Positions 29,241-38,676 of a stretch of DNA of 40,863 bases are shown piece after piece. The stretch covers positions 1 through 40,863 of the forward strand of contig CALXZZ010000003.1 in assembly GCA_944393365.1 (NCBI GenBank). The letters run 5' to 3'. How positions within the stretch are numbered: position 1 is the first letter of the stretch; the number at the start of each line of letters is the position of its first letter. The notes under the pieces were generated by a model. That model was not told the DNA's origin and did not search any database. It saw nothing but the letters and a program-made list of their open reading frames with translations. This DNA is from an uncultured Clostridia bacterium. GTDB taxonomy: Bacteria; Bacillota; Clostridia; TANB77; CAG-508. The position numbers and the translations under genes were made by a program.

Positions 29241-30731
29241 ATGGAAAAGTTAGAAAGAGAAGTAAAAATTTTAGGTGTAAATAAAATTGAATCAGAAAGA
29301 ATGCTAAGACAATTAGGAGCAGAAAAAGTAGAAGAATGCCTGCAAAAAAATTATGTATATGACTTACCATCAATATATGCTAGGTTTTGTGATTGCCTTT
29401 TGCAATTAAAAAAAGTGAATAAACCATATGAGTTTGAAATATGTAGAAATAAATTACAAGGAGTCTTAAATGAAATAGATAATCTAACGACAGGTGAAGA
29501 ACAGAGAGAAATAAAAAGAACTGCTTCAACAAGATATCTTGTAGATTTATTAAACAGAACAAACAATGAAGACTTATTAGATAGATTTTCTAATAAATCT
29601 ATAGTAGAAATTATAAAAAAATATGGAATTAATCCTAATAAGTGGGTAAGAGTTAGAGAAACAAATGGAAGAACGACAATAACTATAAAACATATACTTA
29701 ATCCAGATTTACAAAAAGATAGTAAAGAAGAAATACAAAGAGTGATGGAAACAGAAATGGAAGTTCCATCAATAGAAGAAGCTAATAGCATATTAGAACA
29801 GTTAGGATTTAGTTTTAGAAATTATCAAGAAAAGAATAGAGCAACATATAGTTTAGATGGTGTGGAAGTTGATATTGACTCGTGGCCACTAATTCCTCCA
29901 TATGTAGAAATCGAGAATGACTCAGATGAATTAATACAAAGTACAATAGAAAAATTGAGTTTACAAAAACATGAAATAGTTTCTTGTAATACTGCAGATG
30001 TATATAAGAAATATGGGATAGATTTATATGCTTTTAGAGAATTAAGGTTTACTCAAAGAAAAAATGAAGAAATAGGAGGAGAAAAAATGAAAGAACTTGT
30101 AGTAGCGACAACAAATCAAAATAAAGTAGATAGGATAAGAAAATTATTAAAAGGTTTAAATTATAATATAGTATCTTTAAAAGAAGCAAGTAAAACCAAT
30201 ATAGAAGAACCAAAGGAAACCGCAATAACACCAATTGATATTGCAATTGAGAAAGCTTTGCATTATGCTAATTACTTACCTAATAATACAATTATATTAT
30301 CACAAGATGATACAATTGAATTTGAAGGGATAGAAGAAGGAGATAATCCTGGCATGCATATAAAGGAGCCAGTTATAAGAAAGTATGGAAAGTTTACAGA
30401 TGAATTAGCAGCAGAGTATTATAAATCACTAGCAGATAAATATGGTGGTTCAATACCTATGAGATTTAGATATGGACATGCAATTGCAATAAAAGAAAAT
30501 AAAGAAAGAGAGATAAAAAAAGTATTTGGAGCAGAGTCATATTTAAATGTGAGATTAGTTAATAAAATCTATAAATTAGAAGAAGTTCCAGGATATTTTT
30601 TGGCAGCACTAATGGAGGCTAAAATAAATAATAAGTGGGTACCATATAATGACTTAGACGAGGAGACACTAGTAAAGCTAGACAAGGACTTATATTCTTC
30701 AATTACATTATTATTGAAAAATGTTGAATAA
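29241..30731 (+). CDS. CYTH (triphosphate tunnel metalloenzyme) domain fused to a divergent Ham1/ITPase-like domain; internal start at 30087
   Basis: EREVK (ExExK), WVRVRE, ITIK, ETEMEV, QEKNR, VDIDSW..YVEIE; then VVATTNQNK..ET..IAIEKA..SQDD..PG; internal GGAGG RBS before ATG 30087. Confidence 0.8.
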   Translation: MEKLEREVKILGVNKIESERMLRQLGAEKVEECLQKNYVYDLPSIYARFCDCLLQLKKVNKPYEFEICRNKLQGVLNEIDNLTTGEEQREIKRTASTRYLVDLLNRTNNEDLLDRFSNKSIVEIIKKYGINPNKWVRVRETNGRTTITIKHILNPDLQKDSKEEIQRVMETEMEVPSIEEANSILEQLGFSFRNYQEKNRATYSLDGVEVDIDSWPLIPPYVEIENDSDELIQSTIEKLSLQKHEIVSCNTADVYKKYGIDLYAFRELRFTQRKNEEIGGEKMKELVVATTNQNKVDRIRKLLKGLNYNIVSLKEASKTNIEEPKETAITPIDIAIEKALHYANYLPNNTIILSQDDTIEFEGIEEGDNPGMHIKEPVIRKYGKFTDELAAEYYKSLADKYGGSIPMRFRYGHAIAIKENKEREIKKVFGAESYLNVRLVNKIYKLEEVPGYFLAALMEAKINNKWVPYNDLDEETLVKLDKDLYSSITLLLKNVE

Positions 30732-30759
30732 ATATAGTGAATAGAAAGGGGAATAAACA

Positions 30760-31732
30760 ATGAAAAAGAAAAAATTTACTCATTAGTATAATTTTGATAT
30801 TAATAATAATATTAGTTTTTATGTTTCAAAGAACTGAAAATAGTGAAAGTTTGGAAGATACATCATTAAGGTTAAAATGGATTTGCCAAGCACAATTTGC
30901 AGGTTATTATACAGCAAATGCAGAAGGATATTATAAAGAGGAAGGATTAAAAGTAACAATAGATCCAGCTGGACCAAATATATCTCCTATTCAGTCAGTT
31001 GCAAGTGGAATAAATGAATTTGGTATAGCAGGTGCAGAACAAGTTATATCAGCAATAGATAATGGAGTTCCAATTGTAGCAATTGCAGTTATCTATAGAG
31101 AAACTCCAGAAGCATTAACATCAAAGAAATCTTTAAATATTACTGAACCAAAAGATTTAATAGGTAAAACTATAGGTGTAGTTTATGGAGATGACGAAAA
31201 TTTATATAGACTAATGTTAAAAAAGAATGGAATAGATGAAAACAGCATAAATGAAGTTCCAGCTCTTACAGGAGTAAGTCAGATATTAACAGATAAAGTT
31301 GATGCAAAAATGGCGTATGAAATGAATGATGCAGTTTTATTAGAATTAGAAGGTGAAGAAGTAAATGTATTAAAATTTAGAGATTTTGGAGTAAAAGTTT
31401 ATGCCGATACTATTTTTACAACAAGGGAAATGATAGAGAAAGAACCAGAAAAAGTTAGAAAATTTTTAAAAGCATCTATAAAAGGATGGAAAGAAGCAAT
31501 AAATAATCCGGAAAAAGCTATAAATCAATTATTAGAAACAAATCCATCATTAAACTATGATCATCAATTAGGATATTTAAAAGGAAGCATACCAATCATT
31601 TTAACTGATAAAAATATAGGATATTCAGAAGAAGCAGTATGGCAAGATATGATAAATAATTTATATGATTTTGGAACAAAAAAAAATAAAATAGAAGCTA
31701 ATCAAGTATTTACGAATAAGTTCTTAGAATAA
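30760..31732 (+). CDS. NMT1/THI5 (ThiY/SsuA)-type ABC substrate-binding protein with an apparent 1-nt frameshift near the start
   Basis: LRLKW..QAQFAGYY.A...GYYKEEGL, PKDLIGKTIG, YADTI, FLKASIKGW; the RBS-supported ATG 30760 is out of frame with the body by one base. Confidence 0.8.
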
Positions 31733-32478
31733 TGAGTTATATAGAAATAAAAAATGTATCAAAATCATATAAAGATAAAAAGGTTCTTAAAAATATATCA
31801 TTAAAAGTAGATAAAGGAAAATTTGTATCATTTATAGGTTCTTATGGTTCAGGTAAAACAACATTGTTAAAAATGATATCCGGACTTGAGAAAATAGATG
31901 AAGGTCAAATTTTAATAAATGGATTTTCACCAGAGAAATTAAAAGAAAAATTAAAAATGGGATTTGTATTTCAAGCTCCAATGCTTTTGCCGTGGAGAAA
32001 TGTAATTGACAATATTACATTGCCTTCAGAAATAAATGGAGAAAAAGCCGTAGAAGAGGCTAAAAAACTTTTAAAATTAGTTGATTTAGAATCAAAAGAA
32101 AAATGCTATCCAAAAGAATTATCAGGTGGAATGCAACGAATAGTATCTATATTAAGAGCATCAATAATGAAACCAAGTGTTTTATTATTAGATGAACCAC
32201 TATCTTCAATAGATGAAATAAACAGAGATGATTTACATGAGAAGTTAATAAAAATTCACCAAAAAAACAAACAGACAACATTATTAGTAACTCACTCAAT
32301 ACACGAAGCGGTTTATCTATCTGATGAAATATATGTTTTGGGAGGAAATCCTACAAGAATTTTAAGAAGAATTATGCCTAAAAAACCAAGAAGAATAGAA
32401 AATAAATTTAGTTCTAATACAATGATTGAAGTGGCTGAAATAAGAGAAGAACTTCGTAAGGCGGTGAATAATTTATGA
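31732..32478 (+). CDS. ABC transporter ATPase (TauB/SsuB/ThiZ type)
   Basis: GSYGSGKTT, FQAPMLLPWRNV, LSGGMQ, LLLDEP, VTHSIHEAV. Confidence 0.92.
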   Translation: MSYIEIKNVSKSYKDKKVLKNISLKVDKGKFVSFIGSYGSGKTTLLKMISGLEKIDEGQILINGFSPEKLKEKLKMGFVFQAPMLLPWRNVIDNITLPSEINGEKAVEEAKKLLKLVDLESKEKCYPKELSGGMQRIVSILRASIMKPSVLLLDEPLSSIDEINRDDLHEKLIKIHQKNKQTTLLVTHSIHEAVYLSDEIYVLGGNPTRILRRIMPKKPRRIENKFSSNTMIEVAEIREELRKAVNNL

Positions 32479-33197
32479 AAAAAACTATGGTTACAATACT
32501 TTTTATGATTATATTGTGGATGATGATTTCGTTTGTATTTCATCCAGCAGAATATCTATTTCCAAGTTTAGACAGTGTAGCAAAGGCTTTTATTGAAAAT
32601 TATCAAGACTTCTTGGAAAATACGATGTATACTATAATTGAAGTAATAGTTGGTTTTGGAATAGCAGTCGTATTGGGACTATTTCTAGCAATAATAACAG
32701 TTCATTATACTCATTTGGAACAAGTATTAACATTTAGTGCAATCATATTAAAAACAATACCAATTATAGCAATAGCACCTTTACTAGTTTTGTGGTTTGG
32801 ACATGGTATGGGCTCAAAAATTGCTGCAGTTGTTATTACAAGTTTTATTCCAATATTAATTAATGTATTAAGTGGTTCCAAAGAAATATTGTATAAATAT
32901 AAAAATATAATAGGGCTATATAATATGAATAAGAAACAAAAAACTAGATATTTTATTTTACCAGGAATAAGACCATATTTGATGTCATCTCTTAAAATAT
33001 CTAGTTCACTGGCAATTGTAGGAGCATTGGTCAGTGAACTTATTAGTGCCAATAAGGGAATAGGATATTTAATAATGTCAAACTATTATTCAATGAATAT
33101 AGCAGGAGTTTTTGTTTGTATTATATTATCTAGTTTAATAGGAATCGGAATTTATTGCATATTTGATAAATTAGAGAAAAAGTTGAATTATGTTTAA
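32475..33197 (+). CDS. ABC transporter permease (TauC/SsuC/ThiX type)
   Basis: TIPIIAIAPLLVLWFG.G, GALVSELI...GIGYLI; ATGA-type overlap region with the ATPase. Confidence 0.9.
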   Translation: MKKTMVTILFMIILWMMISFVFHPAEYLFPSLDSVAKAFIENYQDFLENTMYTIIEVIVGFGIAVVLGLFLAIITVHYTHLEQVLTFSAIILKTIPIIAIAPLLVLWFGHGMGSKIAAVVITSFIPILINVLSGSKEILYKYKNIIGLYNMNKKQKTRYFILPGIRPYLMSSLKISSSLAIVGALVSELISANKGIGYLIMSNYYSMNIAGVFVCIILSSLIGIGIYCIFDKLEKKLNYV

Positions 33198-33313
33198 GAA
33201 TTAGAAAGTTTTGTGATTTTATAGATAGTAAATACTTTTTTAAACTTGAGTATTGATGAATAGAATTAGTATAGTTGAATTTTTCAAATTTGATAAAAAT
33301 GACAAAAATGGTA

Positions 33314-33371
33314 TTGACAAACAATACAAAAAGATATATGATATAACAAAATTAGGAATTATTCCTAATTT
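33314..33371 (+). promoter_or_regulatory. SigmaA promoter with a palindromic PerR/Fur-type operator
   Basis: TTGACA(33314)-17-TATGAT; perfect 11-1-11 repeat AAATTAGGAAT-T-ATTCCTAATTT (33349-33371) between the -10 and the RBS. Confidence 0.75.
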
Positions 33372-33384
33372 GAAGGAGAGATTT

Positions 33385-33771
33385 ATGAACAACTATTCCA
33401 AACAAAGAGAAGTTATATTAGACATTATAAAAAACAATCCTATACATCCAACTGCTGAAGAAATTTATAAATTAACAATAAAAAAAGAGCCTAAAATCAG
33501 CAAAAGTACAGTGTATAGAAATATCAATATCCTAGTAGATTTGAAAAAAATTAATAAAGTAAAAATGTCAGTAGGACCAGATAGGTATGATTACGTATAT
33601 AAAGAACATTCACACATGATATGTGAAAAATGCGGGAAAATATTTGATTTTTACTATAATTTTAATAAAGATGATATTTCTAAAAACTTGAAGCAACAGC
33701 TTAAAGAAAATATTATTATAGATAATATAACGATTTATGGAATATGTGAAGAATGTAAATCAAAAAATTAA
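33385..33771 (+). CDS. perR: Fur-family regulator, probably PerR
   Basis: SKQRE, HPTAEEIY, STVYRN, HSHMICEKC, CEEC; next to rubrerythrin; start moved to ATG 33385. Confidence 0.8.
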   Translation: MNNYSKQREVILDIIKNNPIHPTAEEIYKLTIKKEPKISKSTVYRNINILVDLKKINKVKMSVGPDRYDYVYKEHSHMICEKCGKIFDFYYNFNKDDISKNLKQQLKENIIIDNITIYGICEECKSKN

Positions 33772-33786
33772 AAGGAGGAATTGTAA

Positions 33787-34332
33787 ATGGGAAAAGAATT
33801 AAAAGGAACAAAAACAGAGAAAAATTTAATGGAGGCATTTGCTGGAGAATCACAAGCAAGAAACAAATATACATACTTTGCAAGTAAAGCAAAAAAAGAA
33901 GGATATGAACAAATAGCAGCAATATTTGAAGAAACAGCTAATAACGAAAAAGAACATGCAAAAATGTGGTTCAAATTATTACAAGGTGGAGAAATTAAAT
34001 CAACATTAGAAAACTTAGAAGCAGCTGCTGAAGGAGAAAACTACGAATGGACAGATATGTATGATAGAATGGCAAAAGAAGCAAAAGAAGAAGGATTTGA
34101 CCATATTGCATACCTATTTGAAGCTGTAGGTGAAATTGAAAAAGAACATGAAGCTAGATACAAAAAATTAATTGAAAATGTCGAAGGTGGATTAGTATTT
34201 AGCCGTGATGGAGATAGAATTTGGAAATGTAGAAACTGTGGACATATAGTAATTGGAAAATCTGCTCCAGAAATTTGTCCAGTATGTTCTCATCCAAAAG
34301 CATATTTTGAAATCAAAGCTGAAAATTATTAA
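33787..34332 (+). CDS. rbr: Rubrerythrin
   Basis: [16 protein letters not shown] twice, CRNCG..CPVC rubredoxin-like C-terminus. Confidence 0.95.
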   Translation: MGKELKGTKTEKNLMEAFAGESQARNKYTYFASKAKKEGYEQIAAIFEETANNEKEHAKMWFKLLQGGEIKSTLENLEAAAEGENYEWTDMYDRMAKEAKEEGFDHIAYLFEAVGEIEKEHEARYKKLIENVEGGLVFSRDGDRIWKCRNCGHIVIGKSAPEICPVCSHPKAYFEIKAENY

Positions 34333-34351
34333 TAATAAAATCAAATATAGT

Positions 34352-34392
34352 AAAAAAGTTAGAATTATTTGTAGAATATTCTAGCTTTTTTT
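34352..34392 (+). terminator. Intrinsic terminator
   Basis: AAAAAAGTTAGAAT / ATTCTAGCTTTTTT. Confidence 0.6.
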
Positions 34393-34434
34393 ATTGAGTT
34401 ATGATATAATGAACAACATAAAAAGGAGAGAAAA

Positions 34435-35193
34435 ATGCCCAAATTCTTTGTAGAAAACAATCAAATAAAAAATGATACAATTTATATAAAAGATAAAGAT
34501 GTAAATCATATAAAAAAAGTTTTACGAAAAAACATAGAAGATGAAATAACTATATGTAATGAAAATACAAAACAAGATTATTTATGCAAGATTACAAATA
34601 TAGAAGAAAATGAAATAACATGTAAAATACTAAAAGAATTAGAAACAAATGTAGAATCAAATATAGAAGTTAGCATATTTCAAGGACTTCCAAAAGCAGA
34701 TAAAATGGAGCTAATAATACAAAAATCGGTAGAGCTAGGTGTACATGATATTACACCAATTGAAATGAAAAGATGTGTAGTAAAATTAAAAGAAAAAGAT
34801 AAGACTAAAAAAATAGAAAGATGGCAAAAAATTTCAGAAGTTGCTGCAAAGCAATGTGGTAGAAATTATATACCTAAAATCAACAATATAGAAAATCTAA
34901 AAGAAATATCAGAAAAAATCAAAGATTATGATGCAGTTCTAGTTGCATATGAAGAAGAAAAAGAAAACACATTAAAGGATGAATTAAAATTATTAAAAAA
35001 AGATATTAAAGAAAATAACGAAAAAATCAAAATAGCAATTGTAATTGGACCAGAAGGTGGAATAGATAAAGAAGAAATAAATGCTCTAGAAAAAAATGGA
35101 GCAAAAATAATTACTCTAGGAAAAAGAATTTTGAGAACAGAAACAGTTGCATTAAATGTTTTAAGTATTATTATGTATGAACTAGAAAATTAA
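34435..35193 (+). CDS. rsmE: 16S rRNA m3U1498 methyltransferase
   Basis: HIKKVLR, QKSVELG, AAKQCGR, IGPEGG, LGKRILRTET. Confidence 0.96.
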   Translation: MPKFFVENNQIKNDTIYIKDKDVNHIKKVLRKNIEDEITICNENTKQDYLCKITNIEENEITCKILKELETNVESNIEVSIFQGLPKADKMELIIQKSVELGVHDITPIEMKRCVVKLKEKDKTKKIERWQKISEVAAKQCGRNYIPKINNIENLKEISEKIKDYDAVLVAYEEEKENTLKDELKLLKKDIKENNEKIKIAIVIGPEGGIDKEEINALEKNGAKIITLGKRILRTETVALNVLSIIMYELEN

Positions 35194-35213
35194 GAAAGGA
35201 AAATTTATAAATC

Positions 35214-36164
35214 ATGGAAAAACATAAGATAGCAGTCGAAAAGCTAGAAGAAGAAAGAAAAAACAAAAAAATACCAAAAGAAATATCACAAGAAATATTG
35301 AAAAAAATATTTTTAAATCTAATAATTGCAATAGCTATAATGATATATTTTGCTATTTTAAATTATTCATATGATAAAATTAATCAAGATAATCTAGTAA
35401 ATATAATAGAAATATGTTCAGGAGTTTTATTATTAATTAGTTTAATATTACTAGAAGTATCATACAAAAAAGATAGTGGAACACTTGCAATTACAGCAAT
35501 TGAATTTTTAGTATTAACATTCCACAGCTTACTTATAATACATATAATCACAAGATATGAATATCAATTTCAATTTTACATATTGACATCTTCATATACA
35601 ATTGCAATATATTATGTGCTAAAATCAATAGTATTATATACAAAAGGAAGAAGAGAATATCTAAAAGGATTAAGTGACATATCAGAAATCGTAAAAAAAG
35701 AAGAACCAATTAAGAAAGAAGCTAAAAAGCAGAATCCATCAGAAGAAGAAAAAAAGAAGATGCAACACAAACCAAAATCAGCAAAAGTAGGCAAAAAGAA
35801 AAAAGATACAGAAAACAAGCAAGAGGTAAAGAAAAAATCTAAAAATAGTAAAAAAGTAAAAAAAGATGAAGAAAAAATTGAAACAGTAAAAGAGAAAAGT
35901 AAAAAAGAAAATACTGAAGAGAAAGATAAAAAAGAAGAAAAAGTAGAAGCTAAAAAACCACAAACTAAGACAACAAAAAAAGCCAGTACTAGAAAAACAA
36001 AAACTAAATCAGAATCAAAAGATAAAACAGAGAAAATAGATGACAAATCAGAAAAAGAAAGAAAAGTGAAAGATAAAGAAGTAGAAGAAAAAGATGAAAA
36101 GAAACCAACTAAAAGGAAAACTAATAAGAAAACAACTAAAAAAGAAGAAACAATAAAAAAATAG
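35214..36164 (+). CDS. Hypothetical 4-TM membrane protein with a long Lys/Glu-rich tail
   Basis: Four hydrophobic segments, then roughly 160 aa of low-complexity charged sequence. Confidence 0.75.
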   Translation: MEKHKIAVEKLEEERKNKKIPKEISQEILKKIFLNLIIAIAIMIYFAILNYSYDKINQDNLVNIIEICSGVLLLISLILLEVSYKKDSGTLAITAIEFLVLTFHSLLIIHIITRYEYQFQFYILTSSYTIAIYYVLKSIVLYTKGRREYLKGLSDISEIVKKEEPIKKEAKKQNPSEEEKKKMQHKPKSAKVGKKKKDTENKQEVKKKSKNSKKVKKDEEKIETVKEKSKKENTEEKDKKEEKVEAKKPQTKTTKKASTRKTKTKSESKDKTEKIDDKSEKERKVKDKEVEEKDEKKPTKRKTNKKTTKKEETIKK

Positions 36165-36181
36165 AAAAAGAGGAATAAAAA

Positions 36182-37060
36182 ATGATAAAAAGTATGACTG
36201 GATATGGAAAATCAGAATTAGAAGTTGAAGAAAGAAAATATCAAGTAGAAATAAAAAGTGTAAACCATCGTTATTTAGACATTTCAGTAAAAATGCCAAA
36301 ACAAATAAGTTATTTAGAAGAAGAAATCAAAAGAAAAATATCAGAAAAAATTAAAAGAGGAAAAATAGACGTATTTGTAACATTTGAAAACAACTCAATA
36401 AAAGGAAAAGAAATAAAAATAAATACAGAAATTGCAAAAGCATATATAGATGAGCTAAGAAAACTAGCCGAGCAGGAAAACTTATCATCAAATATTGAAG
36501 TTACAGAAATCACAAAATATCCAGATGTTTTAAGTGTTCAAAACGTAGAAGATGATGATACAATTAGAAATGAACTATTAAAAACAGTAGAAGATGCAAC
36601 AACTAATTTAGTTTCAATGAGAGAAACAGAAGGAAAGAGAATATCAGAAGACTTACTAAGCAGAATAAATAAAGTACAAGAAAAAGTTACAGAAATATCT
36701 TCACTTTCTACTGGACTTATTGAAGAATATGTAGTAAAATTAGAAGGAAGAATTAAAAATCTAATTAAAGACAAAGAAATTGATGAGTCAAGATTAGCGC
36801 AAGAAGTTGTAATCTATGCTGATAAATGTTCAATTGAAGAAGAAGTCACCAGATTAAATAGTCATATTTTTCAATTCGAAAAGCAAATAAAAGAATCTCA
36901 AGAAGCAGTAGGGAAAAAATTAGATTTTATGATTCAAGAGATGAATAGAGAAACAAATACAATAGGATCAAAAGCTAACAACCTTGAAATTACCAATGGT
37001 GTAATTGATATTAAAACAGAATTAGAAAATATTAGAGAACAAGTACAAAATATTGAGTAG
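36182..37060 (+). CDS. yloC: YicC/YloC family endoribonuclease
   Basis: [46 protein letters not shown]. Confidence 0.95.
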   Translation: MIKSMTGYGKSELEVEERKYQVEIKSVNHRYLDISVKMPKQISYLEEEIKRKISEKIKRGKIDVFVTFENNSIKGKEIKINTEIAKAYIDELRKLAEQENLSSNIEVTEITKYPDVLSVQNVEDDDTIRNELLKTVEDATTNLVSMRETEGKRISEDLLSRINKVQEKVTEISSLSTGLIEEYVVKLEGRIKNLIKDKEIDESRLAQEVVIYADKCSIEEEVTRLNSHIFQFEKQIKESQEAVGKKLDFMIQEMNRETNTIGSKANNLEITNGVIDIKTELENIREQVQNIE

Positions 37061-37074
37061 AAAGGATTGATTAT

Positions 37075-37335
37075 ATGCAGTTAGTAAATATTGGATTTGG
37101 TAACATTGTTTCTTCAGATAGAATAGTAGCAATAGTTAGCCCAGAATCTGCGCCAATAAAGAGATTAGTCCAAGAATCAAAAGACAATAAAACAGCAATA
37201 GATGCTACATGTGGAAGAAGAACAAGAGCAGTTTTAATAATGGATTCAGGACATATAATTTTATCTGCAGTTCAACCAGAAACTGTAGGAGATAGAATAG
37301 ATAAAACTGGACAAGATGATAATAGTAATAGTTAA
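37075..37335 (+). CDS. remA: RemA (DUF370) family regulator
   Basis: [29 protein letters not shown]. Confidence 0.92.
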   Translation: MQLVNIGFGNIVSSDRIVAIVSPESAPIKRLVQESKDNKTAIDATCGRRTRAVLIMDSGHIILSAVQPETVGDRIDKTGQDDNSNS

Positions 37336-37400
37336 TAGAAATTAAAATATTGAATAAATATTTTGATATATATTTAGAATTTTTATGGGAGATGAGTTAA

Positions 37401-37616
37401 ATGATTGTTAAACCAACAGTAACAGAATTATTAACAAAAGCACAAAATAGATATGAATTAGTAATTGCAACAGCAAGAAGAGCAAGACAAATTGCAGCAG
37501 GAGCTGAACCATTAACACATGTTAAAGAAGATTCACCTGTTACTTTAGCTGCAAATGAAATTGCAGAAGGAAAAGTAACAATTATAGAAGATAATAATCA
37601 AGATGATGAAGAATAA
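37401..37616 (+). CDS. rpoZ: RNA polymerase omega subunit
   Basis: NRYELVIATARRARQI, PVTLAANEI. Confidence 0.92.
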   Translation: MIVKPTVTELLTKAQNRYELVIATARRARQIAAGAEPLTHVKEDSPVTLAANEIAEGKVTIIEDNNQDDEE

Positions 37617-37652
37617 TTATTTAATTGTAAAAGGGGAAGGAAAGGTAACAAT

Positions 37653-38234
37653 ATGTTAGTAATTTTATCTGGAGTATCAGGAGCAGGAAAAGACACAATA
37701 AAAAAAGAATTAATAAAAAGAATGGAAAATGTAGAATCACTTCCTTCATATACTTCAAGACCTATGAGAGAAGGAGACATTGAAGGAGGTACATATCATT
37801 TTGTAGAAAAAGAAGAATTTGAAGAAATGATAGAAAATGGCGAATTTTATGAATATGATATTCATCATAATTGCTATTATGGTACATCAAGAAAACTACT
37901 AAATGAAAAAATTAAAGGTGGAAAAATCATAGTTAAAGATATAGATGTTAATGGAACAGAACACTTAAAAGAATTATTAGAAGAAGATACAAAAATAGTA
38001 ACAATATATCTTAGAGTACCTAAAGAAGAACTAAAAAGAAGACTTGAAAATAGAATTGATAAGCCAAGTCCACAAGAAGTAATACTAAGACTAAATCGTT
38101 TTGATTATGAAGAATCAAGAATTGGTTTGTATGATTATGTTTTAAAAAATGATAATCTAGAAAAAACAGTACAGATAATAATGACTATCATAAAAAATGA
38201 AGAAAAATTAGAAAAACTAAATTTAAAAAACTAA
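37653..38234 (+). CDS. gmk: Guanylate kinase
   Basis: LSGVSGAGKDT, SYTSRPMREG, YYGT, DIDVNG. Confidence 0.92.
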   Translation: MLVILSGVSGAGKDTIKKELIKRMENVESLPSYTSRPMREGDIEGGTYHFVEKEEFEEMIENGEFYEYDIHHNCYYGTSRKLLNEKIKGGKIIVKDIDVNGTEHLKELLEEDTKIVTIYLRVPKEELKRRLENRIDKPSPQEVILRLNRFDYEESRIGLYDYVLKNDNLEKTVQIIMTIIKNEEKLEKLNLKN

Positions 38235-38276
38235 AGTTAACAAATGTAAATTAATAAACGAAGGAGGAAATAAACG

Positions 38277-38450
38277 ATGAAAGAAGCAAAAAAAGCAGAA
38301 GTAAAAAATGTTGAAGATAAAAATGTAAACAAAGAAGAAGTAGAAATAAAAAGATTAAGTATGCCAGCAACAGTTTTAATTACAATAGCTGCAACATTAG
38401 GAGCAATTGTAGTTGCAAGATTATTATACTTTATAATAACAGGATCTTAA
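38277..38450 (+). CDS. 57-aa tail-anchored small membrane protein (below the ORF-track cutoff)
   Basis: Strong RBS AAGGAGG; MKEAKKAEVKNVEDKNVNKEEVEIKRLSMPATVLITIAATLGAIVVARLLYFIITGS. Confidence 0.75.
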   Translation: MKEAKKAEVKNVEDKNVNKEEVEIKRLSMPATVLITIAATLGAIVVARLLYFIITGS

Positions 38451-38508
38451 GTTGAAAAATTTTAAAAATTTTGGCATAATTAAACTTCATTTGAAATTAA
38501 ATTTTAGA

Positions 38509-38549
38509 TAAAAGTTGAGATTGAAAAATTTTCTTTTCTCAACTTTTTT
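38509..38549 (+). terminator. Intrinsic terminator
   Basis: AAAAGTTGAGA / TCTCAACTTTT followed by further Ts. Confidence 0.7.
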
Positions 38550-38676
38550 ATTTATTATATGTATAAAAAACAATATAAATGAGAATAACAAGAATAGATA
38601 TTTAATTTTTACATCAAGCAATTTGTATTTAATGAGCAGAAAAGAAAACATTTAAATTTTTTTTGAGTTAGGAGAG

